Below are positions 61,627-64,000 of a stretch of DNA of 64,000 bases, piece after piece. The DNA comes from Verrucomicrobiales bacterium (GTDB lineage Bacteria; Verrucomicrobiota; Verrucomicrobiia; Verrucomicrobiales; V1-33): positions 14,898-78,897 of the forward strand of contig JBJXFS010000024.1 in assembly GCA_046155625.1 (NCBI GenBank), in the 5' to 3' direction. The notes beneath the pieces were generated by a model. It made no database searches. It was given only the letters and a program-made list of their open reading frames with translations, and was not told the origin of the DNA. A program made the position numbers and the translations under genes. Each line of letters begins with the position of its first letter. Position 1 is the stretch's first letter.

Positions 61627-61697
61627 TGTGGTTCTGGCCGCCCGTCGCGCAACCTCCGTCCTTGACCGGGGTTTTCGTTTCGACCTCATGTTCGCGA

Positions 61698-62330
61698 ATG
61701 TCCGTTGACCCGGTCCCCCATGCCTCAACGCCCGATGAGGCCGAGGCTCTGCACGACCGGAGCTTGCGGCTGATGGCGCGTATCGGCCAGGGCGACCACC
61801 ACGCTTTCCGCGAATTGGTTGAATTGCATCAGTCGGCTGTCGTCGGCACCTGCGCCCGCATGCTCGGTGATCTCGATGAAGCGGAGGACGTCGCCCAACA
61901 AGTCTTTCTCAGGGTCTGGAAAGCGGCTCCGCGGTACGAACCGACCGCCCGCTTCACCACGTGGCTTTTCACCATCACGAAGAATCTCGTGTTCAATGAA
62001 ACACGTCGCCGGTCCCGGCGCCCCACCGTGTCACTCGACGCTCCGAGGCTTGGCGATCCCGCCGGTGATCGCACTTCGCGCGACCTGCCCGACGCCGCGG
62101 CCCGTCCCGCGGACGTTGCCGCCCTGCAGGCCGAATTGGAAGAGGCCATCAACCGAGCCATCGCGGCACTGCCCGATCATCAGCGACTCGCCGTCACGCT
62201 CCGGAGATACGAAGACCTGCCCTACGAGGACATCGCCGAAGTTCTTGGGACCACCGTGTCGGCCGTCAAAAGCCTCCTGTTCCGCGCTCGCACCCAATTG
62301 CGCGATCACTTGAACCAGTATTTAGAATGA
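61698..62330 (+). CDS. ECF RNA polymerase sigma-70 factor
   Basis: AEDVAQQVFLRVW, FTTWLFTI, LPYEDIAEVLG, VKSLLFRAR. Confidence 0.94.
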   Translation: MSVDPVPHASTPDEAEALHDRSLRLMARIGQGDHHAFRELVELHQSAVVGTCARMLGDLDEAEDVAQQVFLRVWKAAPRYEPTARFTTWLFTITKNLVFNETRRRSRRPTVSLDAPRLGDPAGDRTSRDLPDAAARPADVAALQAELEEAINRAIAALPDHQRLAVTLRRYEDLPYEDIAEVLGTTVSAVKSLLFRARTQLRDHLNQYLE

Positions 62331-62422
62331 TCCTCGCATGACCGGCCCGGTGTCTGCTTGCTTGGACCCGGCGGCCCGCTACGCTGCATGCTTGGCGCCG
62401 ATTTTCGCCGCCATTGCCACCC

Positions 62423-64000
62423 ATGATCTCGACCCTACGTCCCTTCGCCACGACCTCCGGCAAAACCGGACGTCTTCACTCGCTGCCCGCCCTGAAGGAG
62501 GCCGGCCTCGCCCCCCACCTCGAGCGCCAGCCGACCAGCATCCGGATTGTCCTCGAATCGCTGGTGCGCCATTGCGACGGGAAACGAGTCACCGAGCAGG
62601 ACGTGCGAAACCTGGCCGGTTACAATGCGGCCAAGCCAGGCGATTACGAGATCCCTTTTGTAGTCGCTCGCATCGTGCTTCAGGACTTCACCGGAGTGCC
62701 GCTCCTTGTCGATCTCGCCGCCATGCGGTCAAAAGTCCATGCCCTCGGCAAAGATCCAAAGATGATCGAACCACTGGTGCCGGTCGACTTGGTGGTGGAT
62801 CATTCGGTGCAGGTCGATTACGCCGGGACCGCCGACGCGCTGAATCTCAATCTGGACCTGGAGTTTCACCGCAATCGCGAACGCTATCAGTTTCTCAAGT
62901 GGGGCGAACAGGCGTTCGACACGTTCAAAGTGGTGCCGCCCGGCATCGGCATCGTCCACCAAGTGAACCTCGAATACCTCGCCAAAGGAGTGCTCGAAAA
63001 AGACGGCATCTACTATCCCGACACGCTCGTCGGCACCGATTCCCATACCACCATGATCAATGGCCTCGGCGTCGTCGGATGGGGAGTCGGCGGTATCGAG
63101 GCGGAGGCCGGCATGCTCGGCCAACCCGTGACGTTCCTGGTTCCCGAAGTCGTCGGTGTACACCTGACGGGCTCGCTCCAGCCCGGCGTCACCGCGACTG
63201 ATCTGGTCCTCCGTGTCACCGAATTGCTCCGGAAAACGAAAGTGGTGGGGAAATTCGTCGAGTTCTTCGGCCCTGGCGCGCGCGCGCTGAGTGTGCCCGA
63301 CCGCGCCACTATCGCCAACATGGCGCCGGAGTACGGCGCGACCATGGGGTTTTTCGGGATCGACGAGGCCACCATCGACTACCTCCGCGGCACCGGCCGC
63401 ACGCCCGAGCAATGCGAACTGGTCGAGGCCTACTACCGCGCCCAGGGGCTCTGGGGCATCCCGCAATCGGGCGACATCGACTACACCCAGGTTGTCGAGC
63501 TCGACATCGGCAGCGTGAAGCCAAGCGTGGCCGGCCCCAAACGCCCGCAGGATCGCATCGACGTCGGCAACTTGAAGTCAAAATTCGGTGAACTGCTCAC
63601 CGCTCCCGGACCCGATGGTTACGGAAAGTCGCCCTTCGAAGTGCGCCCACCGGCGACGCTCGACAGCGAACCGGACGCCACACCGGGCGTGGAAGCCTTG
63701 GGTGCCCAGGCGGGTGTGGTGCTCGAAAACCTTCCTGCGACTGAGTGGGAAGTGAGCGTTGACAGCAAGGGAGGTGTTCCAGACATCATCACCCAAGGCA
63801 GCGTGCTCATCGCCGCCATCACCAGTTGTACCAATACCAGCAATCCCAGTGTCATGCTCGCCGCGGGATTGCTCGCCCAGAAAGCCAACGCCCGTGGCCT
63901 TAAAATCAATCCGAGCGTCAAAACCAGCCTGGGGCCGGGCAGCCGGGTCGTCACCGATTACCTGACCAAAACCGGCCTGCAGGCGGAACTGGACGCTCTC
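62423..64000 (+). CDS. acnA: Aconitate hydratase A (partial, runs off window)
   Basis: Manual translation: MISTLRPF...LQDFTGVP...DHSVQ...GIVHQVNLE...GTDSHT...[11 protein letters not shown]...[13 protein letters not shown]...KTSLGPGS. Confidence 0.96.
   Translation, partial: MISTLRPFATTSGKTGRLHSLPALKEAGLAPHLERQPTSIRIVLESLVRHCDGKRVTEQDVRNLAGYNAAKPGDYEIPFVVARIVLQDFTGVPLLVDLAAMRSKVHALGKDPKMIEPLVPVDLVVDHSVQVDYAGTADALNLNLDLEFHRNRERYQFLKWGEQAFDTFKVVPPGIGIVHQVNLEYLAKGVLEKDGIYYPDTLVGTDSHTTMINGLGVVGWGVGGIEAEAGMLGQPVTFLVPEVVGVHLTGSLQPGVTATDLVLRVTELLRKTKVVGKFVEFFGPGARALSVPDRATIANMAPEYGATMGFFGIDEATIDYLRGTGRTPEQCELVEAYYRAQGLWGIPQSGDIDYTQVVELDIGSVKPSVAGPKRPQDRIDVGNLKSKFGELLTAPGPDGYGKSPFEVRPPATLDSEPDATPGVEALGAQAGVVLENLPATEWEVSVDSKGGVPDIITQGSVLIAAITSCTNTSNPSVMLAAGLLAQKANARGLKINPSVKTSLGPGSRVVTDYLTKTGLQAELDAL

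Overview
The window has two parts. From about 14.4 kb to the end it is high-GC housekeeping DNA with a PVC-superphylum (probably verrucomicrobial) gene repertoire; that taxonomy is inferred from gene content. This part holds tRNA-Ala(CGC), purU, and a 20-kb minus-strand respiratory cluster: alternative complex III actABCDEF, a cbb3-like CcoN/CcoO pair, a cytochrome c, A-family oxidase subunits I/III/IV/II, ctaA, ctaB and SCO. It also holds D-lactate dehydrogenase, a PVC-type heme-binding protein, argC, a PhoB/PhoR-like pair, a DUF58 gene, glgB, menFDHB, an ECF sigma factor and a partial acnA. Left of the tRNA 3' end lies an island-like region with a tightly coupled operon: a copper radical oxidase fused to a CFI-box-CTERM domain, a DUF6603-like protein, a 1109-aa protein with a membrane hairpin, and a >1126-aa protein that runs off the window and is missing from the ORF track. 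This operon is the best candidate for an undescribed system. Other notable points: the CcoN homolog has lost all six metal-ligand histidines, the CcoO homolog has Cys at the Met ligand position, oxidase subunit I lacks the K-channel lysine, and a perfect Rex-type palindrome sits upstream of actA. There are also 11-bp-phased repeats next to the tRNA, a two-copy hairpin MITE-like element, a REP-doublet-like element and heptamer arrays. All family calls come from motif recognition by eye, not from database searches.
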